Positions 51,000 to 61,295 of a stretch of 64,000 nucleotides of DNA are shown here, in pieces (the first letter of the stretch is position 1; each line of letters starts with the position of its first letter). The translations under genes were made by a program, and so were the position numbers. The stretch comes from Candidatus Omnitrophota bacterium (GTDB lineage Bacteria > Omnitrophota > Gorgyraeia > B26-G9). The stretch spans positions 391-64,390 of the forward strand of contig JAHITY010000099.1 of assembly GCA_018817165.1 (NCBI GenBank), given 5' to 3'. The notes under the pieces were generated by a model. The model made no database searches. It was not told the origin of the DNA and worked only from the letters and a program-made list of their open reading frames with translations.

Positions 51000-52124
51000 A
51001 TGTTAGAAAAACTTGATTTTGATTATTCAATACCTAAAACGCTTATTGTTAAATTGGAAGGAGATTGGCAGATTTCTGCCGGGCTTCTTCCGATAACGGA
51101 AATTACCGCACAGCTCACCAGTCATCCTGATATCAGACAAATCAATCTTAATGTTTCCGAAGAGTTGCAGTGGGACAGCGGACTTATTGCTTTTTTATTT
51201 AAGTTAATCAGGGAGTGCGAGCAAAAAAAAATTCAGGTTGATCACAAAAATTTACCGCCGGGAGCGCAGAAGCTACTCGAGATTGCTTTAAAAGTACATG
51301 AAAAAAATATTTTACCTCAACAGCCGCGCGAGTCGTTTTTTGAAAAAACCGGAGACAAGGTTTTGCAAATTTATCAAAGCCTGTGCTTAATACTCAATTT
51401 TCTGGGGGATATTACGGTTTCTTTTTCCAGGACAATTAAAGGCAAGGTATATTTTCGCTGGGATGATTTTATGCTTATTGTCAAGAGATGCGGAGTAGAT
51501 ACATTATTGCTTGTTTGTTTAATAAATTTATTAGTCGGCATGATTCTGGCCTTTGTCGGGTCAATACAGCTTAAAATTTTCGGGGCGCAAATTTATATTG
51601 CGGATATAGTTGGGATCGCAATGGTGCGCGTATTGGCAGCAGTGATGACCGGGATCATTGTGTCCGGACGTATTGGGGCGTCTTTCGCGGCAGAACTGGG
51701 GATGATGGAATCAAGCGAGGAAATCGACGCGCTTAAAACATTAGGGGTTTCGCCAGTTGAATTTTTAGTTATTCCGCGTGTCATAGCACTAGTAATTATG
51801 ATGCCGATTTTAACAATATACGCGGATCTTATGGGTATATTAGGCGGTTTTATTATCAGTGTGGGCATGCTGGGGCTTAATCCGATTGAATATTTAAATC
51901 ATACTCAAGTAGCCGTACAGCTTAGTTTTGTCTGGATAGGGCTTATTCATAGTATTGTTTTTGGCGTGATTATTGCTGTGTCGGGGTGTTTGAGGGGGAT
52001 TAATTGCCAAAGAAACGCGGCCGGTGTGGGAATGGCCACTACCTCGGCAGTAGTCACCGGGATAACCGGGATTGTAATCGCCACGGCAATCATTACTTTT
52101 ATTTGTCAGATTTTAGGGGTATAA
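51000..52124 (+). CDS. mlaE: MlaE-family permease with N-terminal STAS
   Basis: WDSG; SGRIGASFAAELG.M...EEIDAL. Confidence 0.9.
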   Translation: MLEKLDFDYSIPKTLIVKLEGDWQISAGLLPITEITAQLTSHPDIRQINLNVSEELQWDSGLIAFLFKLIRECEQKKIQVDHKNLPPGAQKLLEIALKVHEKNILPQQPRESFFEKTGDKVLQIYQSLCLILNFLGDITVSFSRTIKGKVYFRWDDFMLIVKRCGVDTLLLVCLINLLVGMILAFVGSIQLKIFGAQIYIADIVGIAMVRVLAAVMTGIIVSGRIGASFAAELGMMESSEEIDALKTLGVSPVEFLVIPRVIALVIMMPILTIYADLMGILGGFIISVGMLGLNPIEYLNHTQVAVQLSFVWIGLIHSIVFGVIIAVSGCLRGINCQRNAAGVGMATTSAVVTGITGIVIATAIITFICQILGV

Positions 52125-52127
52125 ACC

Positions 52128-52901
52128 ATGGATTCAAAAGTGCTGCCGATTATTGAAGTGAAAGATCTTGATATCGGGTATAATAATATTCCGGTTATGC
52201 GTAATCTTAACTTTAGCGTGAATAAAGGCGATATTTTTATTTTTATGGGGGTAAGCGGCTGCGGAAAAAGCACTTTGCTTAAGAGTCTGATTGGGCTTAA
52301 GCAGCCGGATAAAGGCAAGGTTTTATATTCTGGAAAAAGTTTTTGGGATGAAGATGAGCCAGGGCAAAAAAATATTATGCGGCGTTTTGGGGTTCTTTAT
52401 CAAAGCGGAGCTTTATGGAGTTCTTTGACTGTGGGCGAAAATGTGGCGCTTCCTTTGCAGCTGTATACTAAGTTATCTGTGCAGCAGATACAGGAAATAG
52501 TATCGTTAAAACTTTCTCTGGTAGGCATGGAAGAATACGCGGACTCTTTACCTTCGGGAATAAGCGGAGGAATGCGTAAAAGAGCCGCCCTGGCGCGGGC
52601 AATCGCGCTGGATCCGGATATTATTTTTTTTGATGAGCCTTCAGCCGGTCTTGACCCGATAAACGCGCGAAAACTTGATGATTTGATCCTTGACCTAAGA
52701 GATAGTTTGGGCGCTACGATAGTTATTGTTACTCACGAACTCGCCAGTATCTTTGCTATCGGAAATAACTCCGTGTTTCTTGACGCGGAAACTAAAACCA
52801 TGATCGCCACAGGCTCGCCGAAGGATTTATTGGCTAATTCCCAGGATGAAAAAGTTATTCAGTTTTTAACCAGAGCTAAAAAGCAGGAGCTTAAACAATG
52901 A
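52128..52901 (+). CDS. mlaF: MlaF-family ABC ATPase
   Basis: GVSGCGKST, ISGGMRKR, FDEPSAGLDP. Confidence 0.92.
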   Translation: MDSKVLPIIEVKDLDIGYNNIPVMRNLNFSVNKGDIFIFMGVSGCGKSTLLKSLIGLKQPDKGKVLYSGKSFWDEDEPGQKNIMRRFGVLYQSGALWSSLTVGENVALPLQLYTKLSVQQIQEIVSLKLSLVGMEEYADSLPSGISGGMRKRAALARAIALDPDIIFFDEPSAGLDPINARKLDDLILDLRDSLGATIVIVTHELASIFAIGNNSVFLDAETKTMIATGSPKDLLANSQDEKVIQFLTRAKKQELKQ

Positions 52902-53593
52902 GTAAAAAAGCGAACAAAACCATTATTGGAGTGTTTACGGCAGGGGCACTAATATTATTGATAATCGGAATAGTGGTTTTTGGTTCGGGAATGCTTTTTA
53001 AAAAAACTAATGAATTTGTTTTGTATTTTGATGGTTCGGTTAAAGGACTTTCCGTAGGAGCTCCGGTTATGTTTCGGGGAGTCAGCATTGGCACAGTTAA
53101 AGACATTAGCTTGATTTATGATTCAAAAGCGGGAACGATTATGCTGCCGGTAATTATCGAAATTGAACAAGGCCGGATTGAAGGTACTCCGAGTTTTGGG
53201 GAAGCGGGAGCGGATAAGAAGTTGATCGAATTAGGCTTAAGAGCAAAGCTTGAAGTTCGGAGTTTTTTAACCGGAGAGCTGATGATCGCCTTTGATTTAT
53301 ACCCGGATAGCCCTGCTCAGCTGCGCAATATTCAGAAAGCTTATCCGGAATTGCCTACACTTTCTACTTCGCCGGATATTTTTGCGATTATGGAGCAGCT
53401 TCCTATTAAAGAAATCGCCAACAATGTAAAGACTGCCACCCAAGGAATCGATCGATTGGTAAATTCAAGCGACTTGCAAAATATGTTTACGGAGATAAAA
53501 CAGGCAATGCTATCATTTCGTTTGCTTAATGAATATCTTGAACAACATCCGGAAGCGTTTTTAAAAGGTAAATCCGCTGATTCCCAACGTTGA
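52898..53593 (+). CDS. mlaD: MCE/MlaD-family protein
   Basis: SVKGLSVGAPVMFRGV. Confidence 0.9.
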   Translation: MSKKANKTIIGVFTAGALILLIIGIVVFGSGMLFKKTNEFVLYFDGSVKGLSVGAPVMFRGVSIGTVKDISLIYDSKAGTIMLPVIIEIEQGRIEGTPSFGEAGADKKLIELGLRAKLEVRSFLTGELMIAFDLYPDSPAQLRNIQKAYPELPTLSTSPDIFAIMEQLPIKEIANNVKTATQGIDRLVNSSDLQNMFTEIKQAMLSFRLLNEYLEQHPEAFLKGKSADSQR

Positions 53594-53689
53594 TCAGCGA
53601 CTGATGCTTATTAGAGTGTTGTTATAGTTGACTTGACACCCAGCCTAATGGGAGTGGCTGGTGTTGTGTCTCTACACAAGGAGAAAAAG

Positions 53690-54358
53690 ATGAAACAGAA
53701 AAAAAATAATGGTTTGATAAATTTACTGCGAGATTATTGCCGGTTTATATGCATTGCCTGCTTTTGTCTGGTTTTAAATGGTTGTGCCTTGGTACCTACT
53801 ACTCCAAGCCCCAGGTTTTATGTGCTTGGGGCAGTTTCGGAAAATTTGGTCAGCAAAAAAATAAATATTTCTTCAGATGCCTTGATTGGCGTGGGGCCAA
53901 TTAAAATTCCGGGATATCAGAACAGGCCGCAAATTGTAACCCAAGACAAAGAAAAAATGATTAAATTCGCTCAATTTGATCGTTGGGGAGAATCGCTGGA
54001 AATTGGCCTGCAGCGCATAATAGGAGAGGATCTATTGGTCATGATTCCTGGGGTAAAATTCGTTTTGTATCCCTGGAATCAATCGATTGAGGTTAAATAT
54101 CAGGTAGTTTTAGAAATTATTCAGCTTGATAGCGAGCTGGATAAAGACATGTTCCTTGTCGCGCAATGGATGGTTATTGATCCTAAAGATTCAAAAACGA
54201 TTATGATCAAAAGATCAGAATTCCGGCATCCGGTCATTCCGCAAAACTATTCTGGTTTAGCCAAAACACTGAGTATTGCCTGCGCTTCATTAAGCAGCGA
54301 GATTGCTGTTGAATTGGAAGCAATCTTAAAAGCAAAAAGGATGCTAAAGATTGAATAG
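53690..54358 (+). CDS. PqiC-like ABC auxiliary lipoprotein
   Basis: Lipobox LNGC; P.YQNRPQIV, RWGESL. Confidence 0.85.
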   Translation: MKQKKNNGLINLLRDYCRFICIACFCLVLNGCALVPTTPSPRFYVLGAVSENLVSKKINISSDALIGVGPIKIPGYQNRPQIVTQDKEKMIKFAQFDRWGESLEIGLQRIIGEDLLVMIPGVKFVLYPWNQSIEVKYQVVLEIIQLDSELDKDMFLVAQWMVIDPKDSKTIMIKRSEFRHPVIPQNYSGLAKTLSIACASLSSEIAVELEAILKAKRMLKIE

Positions 54359-54534
54359 TAAAAGCAGTATATGCAGAGACATAATAGTTTATTAAATTTA
54401 GTTGGGCTAGGGGTGTAGTATTAGCTGCAATTAATTCAGCAGCACAGATTGTATAGAGAATATCGTATTGTTTATCAAATATAAAAAGACAATAAATCGG
54501 GTTTTTATATTTTTTAACTTATTCCAAAATTAAA

Positions 54535-54566
54535 CAATTGCAAAACTCGGATAGTATAGGGAGTAA
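54535..54566 (+). mobile_element. Degenerate integrase tail and att scar (rightmost recognisable)
   Basis: TTGCAAAACTCGGATAGTATAGGGAGTAA; antisense LLPILSEFCNC. Confidence 0.55.
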
Positions 54567-54785
54567 ATTAACAATCAAAACTTTTTATGCTTAGTTGTTG
54601 TAATATGATGTGGTATAATATATTTCAAGTGGACGATTGAAACAGTTTAGATATTAGAGGCAATTGATGTGGTGAGTTAGAATTAGTCTCCTAATGCCTG
54701 ATCTGGCCCTGTTAAGTAATTAAGTCTTGTGTCGATTTATATTCCGGATTAATATTCAACTGTATACACTCTATTGGAATTTCTC

Positions 54786-56762
54786 ATGAAAAAGCTAATA
54801 AAAGTTTTTCTTTTCCTGCTTATTGCGACAGCGATATTAGTATTATTTTATTTAAAGATTAATCCTAAACGTTTAAGTAAGGTAAACGTTTTATTTATTG
54901 TTTTAGATGCTGCTCGTGCCGATCATTTTTCCTGTTATGGGTATGAAAAAAACACTACCCCAAACATAGATGCAATCGCTAGCAAAGGGGCGATGTTCTT
55001 AAATAATTTCACCCAAGCAACCTATACACAGAGGTCAGTGCCCCAAATCTTCTTTTCACGTTATTATTCAAAACCAGTATTTGTTGACCATTCGGGTCGT
55101 TATCTTAAAACTAATTTTCAAGTGGAAGCCCCCTGGACAATCTTTAACAGTTATGATGATGAGCAGATTATTTTGCCTGAGGTATTGTCCTTAAATGGTT
55201 ATAGGACAGTTTTATTTACGGAGCATCCGCTCTTAGCATCACCCAGCGATTACTTTGGCCGAAAATTTGATGAAGTTTATTATAATTCTTGTTATGAATC
55301 TTATAGTCTCGATAATACTTCTTTAGAAAAGTTCGATGATCTGAAACCGGTATCAGGAGTAATCTCTTGGCTTGAGAAAAATAAAGAAAAAAGTTTTTTT
55401 ATTTATTGCCATATTATGCTGCCGCATATCCCTTATAGAGTTAAAAAAGAAGATTCAGAATTTTTAAAGAGTGACATGTCTGCTGCTGTGGAGTTAGTGA
55501 GAGAGAAGGCCAATGTCAAACAGTACGGTTCCCTGGAAAATTGGAGCGAGGAAGATATTAGAATTCTTAAGGAATTATACGATAGCAATCTACAATACGC
55601 GGATAAATGGATTGGAATACTTTATAGTGAATTTAAAAAGTTAGACCTTGAAAAAAATACTTTGGTAATTATTACCTCGGACCATGGGGAGAATCTTGGC
55701 GATCATGATAGCGGCAAGCATGGTCTATTTCATGGAGGCCCTCCGTGGGATTCGGTGACTCATGTGCCTTTAATTATGAGCTTTCCTCCGCTTATCCCTG
55801 CTGGAATTAGAATAAAAGCTTTAACCGAATCGGTGGGCATTATGCCTTCGATTATCGATATTTGCAAGCTTAAATTTCCCAAAAATAAATCGATGGATGG
55901 AACAAGTCTGATGAAATTTATTAAATATCCTTTTCTTCAAGGCAAGCGTTATATATTCTCTCGGAATTTTATCCGTTCAAATGAATATAAATGCATTTTA
56001 AAATTAGATGATTATAAGTATCTGACTGAAGATGTTCTGATTGATCTTAAGAATGACCCTAAGGAAAAACAAGATATTTCAAATGAAAATTATGAAGTAA
56101 AAGAAAAGTTAAGAAAAATTTTTGAACAAAAAATGCGTCCATATCAATTGCGCCAGGACAAACAAAAAAGAAATACTGTAATAGATTATCCGTTTTGTTA
56201 TCTCATGTCGAGTTTTAAAATATCGCCAAAGGACAGCATTGGAATATTGGATGAACCAAAGTTTTCTTCTTTTTTGGATAAAAAAGATCAGATAAACAAG
56301 CCGTGTATTTTAAATACTTATCTTTTTGATCAATACTTTGCCTATTTACCTGAAAAAGGCCGCTTGCCGCAGCTGACTCTATCCGCGAAAGTACCGAATG
56401 GGACCTATCAGGTGAGTATATTAATAAGAATGTTTGGCAATTCCTATACAAAAAATCAGCTTGGATTAAAGTATCGATTTGATGGAAATAAACCATTTAC
56501 TTTGCCTGCCCAGTTGAACCAGGCTGAGGAGTACGATTCAGTTCACCCATATTATTATCTGGAATTGGGCAAAACTCAGGTTGACAAAGAAAAATTTTCA
56601 GTTGAAATCGAGTTTAATCCACCAGACAAAAAAATTTATGCCATATATCATATAAAATTCACCCCCAATGAAAGCCAGGAAAAGAATGTGATTCAAAAGC
56701 TTGATGACGCTGAGCAGGCAAAAAGGCTTGAGAGCTTAAAGGCTCTTGGTTATGCGCAATAA
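54786..56762 (+). CDS. Membrane-anchored sulfatase/alkaline-phosphatase-superfamily protein
   Basis: LDAARADH, TPNID, PHIPY, TSDHGE, HVPLI, LKALGY. Confidence 0.85.
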   Translation: MKKLIKVFLFLLIATAILVLFYLKINPKRLSKVNVLFIVLDAARADHFSCYGYEKNTTPNIDAIASKGAMFLNNFTQATYTQRSVPQIFFSRYYSKPVFVDHSGRYLKTNFQVEAPWTIFNSYDDEQIILPEVLSLNGYRTVLFTEHPLLASPSDYFGRKFDEVYYNSCYESYSLDNTSLEKFDDLKPVSGVISWLEKNKEKSFFIYCHIMLPHIPYRVKKEDSEFLKSDMSAAVELVREKANVKQYGSLENWSEEDIRILKELYDSNLQYADKWIGILYSEFKKLDLEKNTLVIITSDHGENLGDHDSGKHGLFHGGPPWDSVTHVPLIMSFPPLIPAGIRIKALTESVGIMPSIIDICKLKFPKNKSMDGTSLMKFIKYPFLQGKRYIFSRNFIRSNEYKCILKLDDYKYLTEDVLIDLKNDPKEKQDISNENYEVKEKLRKIFEQKMRPYQLRQDKQKRNTVIDYPFCYLMSSFKISPKDSIGILDEPKFSSFLDKKDQINKPCILNTYLFDQYFAYLPEKGRLPQLTLSAKVPNGTYQVSILIRMFGNSYTKNQLGLKYRFDGNKPFTLPAQLNQAEEYDSVHPYYYLELGKTQVDKEKFSVEIEFNPPDKKIYAIYHIKFTPNESQEKNVIQKLDDAEQAKRLESLKALGYAQ

Positions 56763-56804
56763 ACAAAGGGTTTAGAGCATACTGAAATTGTCAAAAATTC
56801 TTGA

Positions 56805-56996
<192 letters not shown>

Positions 56997-57064
56997 TAAT
57001 TTGCCTGGTAAGATAGGTGAGCTTTGAGAGATTTTAGTTTAGATAGTATAGAAAACTCATTAAT

Positions 57065-57096
57065 TTGCAATAGTAAGGTGAAGATGGTATAGTTTA
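57065..57096 (+). promoter_or_regulatory. Putative promoter TTGCAA-N14-TGGTATAGTTTA
   Basis: Shared signature of the dual-tag genes. Confidence 0.6.
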
Positions 57097-57152
57097 CTAA
57101 CTAAAAAAACACAATTTTTAAGTATTGAGGTCTATAATCTGCGAGAATCCAT

Positions 57153-58667
57153 ATGAAATATTTTAGAAAAATAACGAATATAATTCTGTTTTTTCTCCTG
57201 ATAGTTTTTTCTAGTGTATCAGCGCAATGCAGCGATCTATATTCTGCGCAGAATATAAATAGAGAAAATTTAGCGCCGAGTCTTTATATTCAAGCAAGGG
57301 ATATTCAGGCATTGTTTGCAGTTTATGAACAACCTGGAATTCTTGATGGAATGACGATATTGCGGTTTTCCTCTTATTATGATTTGACCGGGGGGACAGA
57401 GGTTCATATTCAGAATCTTAATGCCGCGCTTTTACGGCGCAATGATATGAAAATTATTCAGATGTATATTACTGTACGTGAAGATAATGAAGATATTCAG
57501 CAAATAAAGATTGGCAGGGGAACTCTGGTGAAAGCGCCTGTTTTATCATGGCTGAAAACCAGAGGTATTGAAACAGTGCAGGCGTCTTCGGCGGGGGGGA
57601 TGTTATATTCAATGGGGAAAAAGGTTTTGAAAAAGCTTAAGGTGACGGATATTCTTAAGTACTGGTTGCAGACGACGCGGTTTATGCCGATTCTTACTAG
57701 GTTGCCGATGTCAGGACAATTTTACCATGAAACAGGGCGGACATCAAATTATACGGGAGTAAAAGAAAAAATTCAGCAGGTTCTTGATTCTCAGCAGGTT
57801 GATTTTGTTATGATTCATACTATAGGCGCAAGTGAGTCAGGAATTATTATAGAGGCGGCAAAAGCCCGGGGCATTCCTGTTTTAGTTCAGAATCATTTGG
57901 ACAATACAGTATTTAATGATGTTGCCGCGCGGAGTCGGTTAAAAAATGTGACGGCGGTTGGCGGAGTAAGTCAGCGTAATGTTCCCTCTTTTTTGCAGGC
58001 GGTTTTCAGTTATCTAGGCAATGGGATTGATACGAAGTTTTTTTCCCGGGATGCTTCAGGAATTATTCCTAAAAAGTTTGATAAACCAGTTGTTTTTCTG
58101 CCGGGCAGAATTGATCCGAATAAGGGGCATCTTGATTTGGTGGAAATCGCATATGATTTGCATATCGAAGGGATTGACGTAAAAGTGGTTTTTGCCGGAC
58201 GTGCTGATAATCTGGATTTTTGCGAGGAGATCAAGTCCTTGGCAAAAAAATATGGTATTGCTGATAATGTAATTTTTGCCGGAGAGTTGACGCAGAAAGA
58301 ATTACGTGATTATTATTTTTCCAGTGATGTTGTTGTTTTGCCGTCACAATCCGAAGGTATTCCTCGCGTATTACTTGAAGCGCAGGCAATGGAGGTGCCC
58401 GTCATTGCTTATGATGTCGGCGGTGTTTCCGATGCGATTGGAAGCGGAAAAACAGGATATATAGTACCGGTGAATAATAAGGGATTATTTGCAAGGTCAC
58501 TGAAGAGGGTGCTTCAAGATAATGATTTATCAACTGAGATGGGAAAAGCCGGAAAAGATTTTGTTGAAAATAATTTTTCGCTGTCTGCCTTGGCATCACG
58601 GCATGAGAAATTTTATATCACCAAGCATGCCGTATCTATCAATCGCTGGCTTCAGCAGTCACTATAG
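57153..58667 (+). CDS. GT4 glycosyltransferase with signal peptide (dual-tag family)
   Basis: GGTE, NGID, GRI...KG, EGIPRVLLEA (E-x7-E); C-terminus NRWLQQSL. Confidence 0.88.
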   Translation: MKYFRKITNIILFFLLIVFSSVSAQCSDLYSAQNINRENLAPSLYIQARDIQALFAVYEQPGILDGMTILRFSSYYDLTGGTEVHIQNLNAALLRRNDMKIIQMYITVREDNEDIQQIKIGRGTLVKAPVLSWLKTRGIETVQASSAGGMLYSMGKKVLKKLKVTDILKYWLQTTRFMPILTRLPMSGQFYHETGRTSNYTGVKEKIQQVLDSQQVDFVMIHTIGASESGIIIEAAKARGIPVLVQNHLDNTVFNDVAARSRLKNVTAVGGVSQRNVPSFLQAVFSYLGNGIDTKFFSRDASGIIPKKFDKPVVFLPGRIDPNKGHLDLVEIAYDLHIEGIDVKVVFAGRADNLDFCEEIKSLAKKYGIADNVIFAGELTQKELRDYYFSSDVVVLPSQSEGIPRVLLEAQAMEVPVIAYDVGGVSDAIGSGKTGYIVPVNNKGLFARSLKRVLQDNDLSTEMGKAGKDFVENNFSLSALASRHEKFYITKHAVSINRWLQQSL

Positions 58668-58897
58668 GTTTTGGGCTTATGGGCCTCTCCTGATTTAATA
58701 TCTTCATGTTTTTTTACAGTTTTCATTTTCAATTAGGGAATTCAATTCCTGAGCAGGTAACAATTTTTTCGTTAAAAACGCTTGACACCCACACAAACGT
58801 GTGGTTATATAAAAGTATAACAAAATAGATAAATTAAGACATGATATAAGGCGAATTGTGATATTAATAATTTTGCTAAGCATGGGGGAACTTAATT

Positions 58898-59779
58898 TTG
58901 ACAAAGAGTATTTCTATTGATAGCCCTAAATATCCTAAATTGCTGAAGCTGATTCCAGCTGCTCCGAAAAGACTTTATTATAAAGGGGTTTGGGATGAAA
59001 ATATTTTTTCCCAGTGCTTGGCAGTTGTCGGCGCCCGCAGAATGACCCGCTATGGCAAACATATAACAGATCTGCTTGTATCGGAATTAGCCGCAGTTGG
59101 AATAACGATTGTTTCTGGCTTTATGTATGGAATTGACGCGGCAGCGCATCAAGCGGCAGTTAATATTCAAGGTCGGACAATTGCTTGTATGCCGTGCGGC
59201 ATTGAGATTATTCACCCGGCATATCAGAAAAAATTATATGAGCAGATATTGGACAATCATGGATTGATTGTATCGGAATATGAAGGAAATTTCCCTCCGG
59301 ATAAATGGACATATCCCCGCCGTAATAGAATAGTGGCCGGATTATCATCCGCGACAATGGTGGTTGAAGCTGGTCAGAAAAGCGGTTCAATGATTACTGC
59401 GGACTTGACTGCTAAGTTTGAGCGGAAACTTTTTGCTGTGCCGGGAATGCTTACCAGTGTTTTATCCAAAGGTCCGATGCAATTAATAAAACAAGGAGCA
59501 CAGATTGTAACATCTGCTGCTGATATTATGGATTTTTATGGAATCAGCGCGCGAGGATTCGCGGAAGATCTTTCAATAAGCAGTTCCAGCCAATTACAGC
59601 AGAGTATCCTAACAGAGCTTAAGTATGAGCCTATGGATATAGACATATTATCCTACAAATTAAGCACTTCAATTCCGCAGGTAAGCATGGAAATTTCATT
59701 GCTGCAGTTAAAAGGTTTAATTATCGAAGAAGCCGGAAAGTATAATCTAAATATTAAGAGGCAGATAAATGTTAGTTAA
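58898..59779 (+). CDS. dprA: DNA-processing protein DprA
   Basis: AVVGAR, IVSGFMYGIDAAAH, RRNRIVAGLS, VVEA...SGS. Confidence 0.95.
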   Translation: MTKSISIDSPKYPKLLKLIPAAPKRLYYKGVWDENIFSQCLAVVGARRMTRYGKHITDLLVSELAAVGITIVSGFMYGIDAAAHQAAVNIQGRTIACMPCGIEIIHPAYQKKLYEQILDNHGLIVSEYEGNFPPDKWTYPRRNRIVAGLSSATMVVEAGQKSGSMITADLTAKFERKLFAVPGMLTSVLSKGPMQLIKQGAQIVTSAADIMDFYGISARGFAEDLSISSSSQLQQSILTELKYEPMDIDILSYKLSTSIPQVSMEISLLQLKGLIIEEAGKYNLNIKRQINVS

Positions 59780-61295
59780 GGTATGTTCAGTTTCCAATTC
59801 AGGGCTTAAAACAATTGGGATTGAAGTAGAAGTAAATGTTGCTTCACGCGGTTTGCCGGCACTAGAGATTGTTGGTTTACCGAGCAAAGCAGTTGCGGAA
59901 AGTAAAGAGCGGGTAAAGACAGCAATAGTAAATTCCCAATTAAGTTTTCCGCAGCGCAGGATCATTATTAATCTGGCGCCGGCTGATGTACCCAAAGAAG
60001 GTTCCTGTTATGATTTGCCGATTGCTGTTGGGATTTTAAGTTCAGGGCTAGAATGCGGTTTACCACAAAGAAGTTTGTTTTTCGGAGAGCTTTCTTTGGA
60101 TGGGAGTTTACGTCACACTAAGGGAGCTTTATTATTGGCTTTATTTGCTAAAGAAAATGATTTTGTGAATGTGTTTGTACCTAAAGCTTCAGCAAACGAA
60201 GCGGCAATTGTTAAGGGAGTAAATGTTTATCCGGTAGAGAGCTTAAATCAACTGATAAAGCATTTTTCCGGGTTAATTCAGATAATGCCTACAGAATATC
60301 GAGAATCTTCTCAGGATAAATTTGATGCTGAGTTTAATATGTCGGAAGTTTTGGGTCAGGAGCAGGCCAAGAGAGCTTTGGAAATTTCGGCAGCCGGAGG
60401 GCATAATTTTTTAATGGTTGGCAGTCCAGGAGCAGGTAAGACAATGTTAGCGCGGGCATTGCCCGGGATATTACCTCCTTTGAGTGAAAAAGAGTCTTTG
60501 GAGGTGACTAAGATTTTTTCAGCTTCCGGCAGAATACCTCCGGAAGGTTCTTTGGTCAGGACAAGGCCGTTTCGGGCGCCGCATCATACTGTTTCACAGG
60601 TGGGACTGACCGGAGGGGGAACAAAGCCTCAGCCCGGAGAAATAAGTTTAGCGCATCGTGGTGTATTGTTTTTGGATGAATTCAATGAGTTTCCTCGCAG
60701 TGTGCTTGAAGCTTTGCGCCAGCCAATGGAAGACGGTCGGTTGACTATTTCCCGCAGCCAGCAAAGAGTTGAATATCCAGCCCGGTTTATTTTGGCTGCC
60801 TCAGCCAATCCTTGTCCTTGCGGATACTTAGATCATCCCAAACGAGCTTGTCTGTGTACGGAGCGGGAAATAGAAAAATACCGTAAGCGTGTTTCCGGCC
60901 CTTTATTAGACAGGATCGACCTGCATATAAAAGTTCCGGTAGTGGATATAGAAGAGTTAGCGCGCTTTGAACCGCTTAAAAAAAGACAAACTACTTCGGA
61001 TGAAATACGCGTTAGAGTGATTCAAGCTCGGCAGGTCCAACAGGAGCGGTTTAGTGAGGATGGAATTCATACTAATGCGGAAATGAAAAATAAACAAATC
61101 GCAAAATATTGTGTTTTGTCAAAACCAGTAAAACAGCTATTGGTTCAAGCAGGACAAAAGTTTCATTTATCTGCCCGCTCATACTATAAAATGGTAAAAG
61201 TAGCGCGGACTATTGCGGACCTGGATAAATCAGATGAAATCAATATTGCTCATATGGCGGAAGCTTTGCAATATCGCTTGAGAATTAAACTATGA
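59769..61295 (+). CDS. comM: ComM/YifB Mg-chelatase-like AAA ATPase
   Basis: INLAPAD..KEG, GSPGAGKT, PFRAPHH, GEISLAHRGVLFLDE. Confidence 0.95.
   Translation: MLVKVCSVSNSGLKTIGIEVEVNVASRGLPALEIVGLPSKAVAESKERVKTAIVNSQLSFPQRRIIINLAPADVPKEGSCYDLPIAVGILSSGLECGLPQRSLFFGELSLDGSLRHTKGALLLALFAKENDFVNVFVPKASANEAAIVKGVNVYPVESLNQLIKHFSGLIQIMPTEYRESSQDKFDAEFNMSEVLGQEQAKRALEISAAGGHNFLMVGSPGAGKTMLARALPGILPPLSEKESLEVTKIFSASGRIPPEGSLVRTRPFRAPHHTVSQVGLTGGGTKPQPGEISLAHRGVLFLDEFNEFPRSVLEALRQPMEDGRLTISRSQQRVEYPARFILAASANPCPCGYLDHPKRACLCTEREIEKYRKRVSGPLLDRIDLHIKVPVVDIEELARFEPLKKRQTTSDEIRVRVIQARQVQQERFSEDGIHTNAEMKNKQIAKYCVLSKPVKQLLVQAGQKFHLSARSYYKMVKVARTIADLDKSDEINIAHMAEALQYRLRIKL

Noticed and set aside
7236-54566. 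CRISPR array or integron attC array as the explanation for the recurring repeats
   Set aside because: Spacing is kilobases and irregular; no cas or intI gene; no RYYYAAC/GTTRRRY-bounded attC structure; the cores match a tRNA 3' end instead
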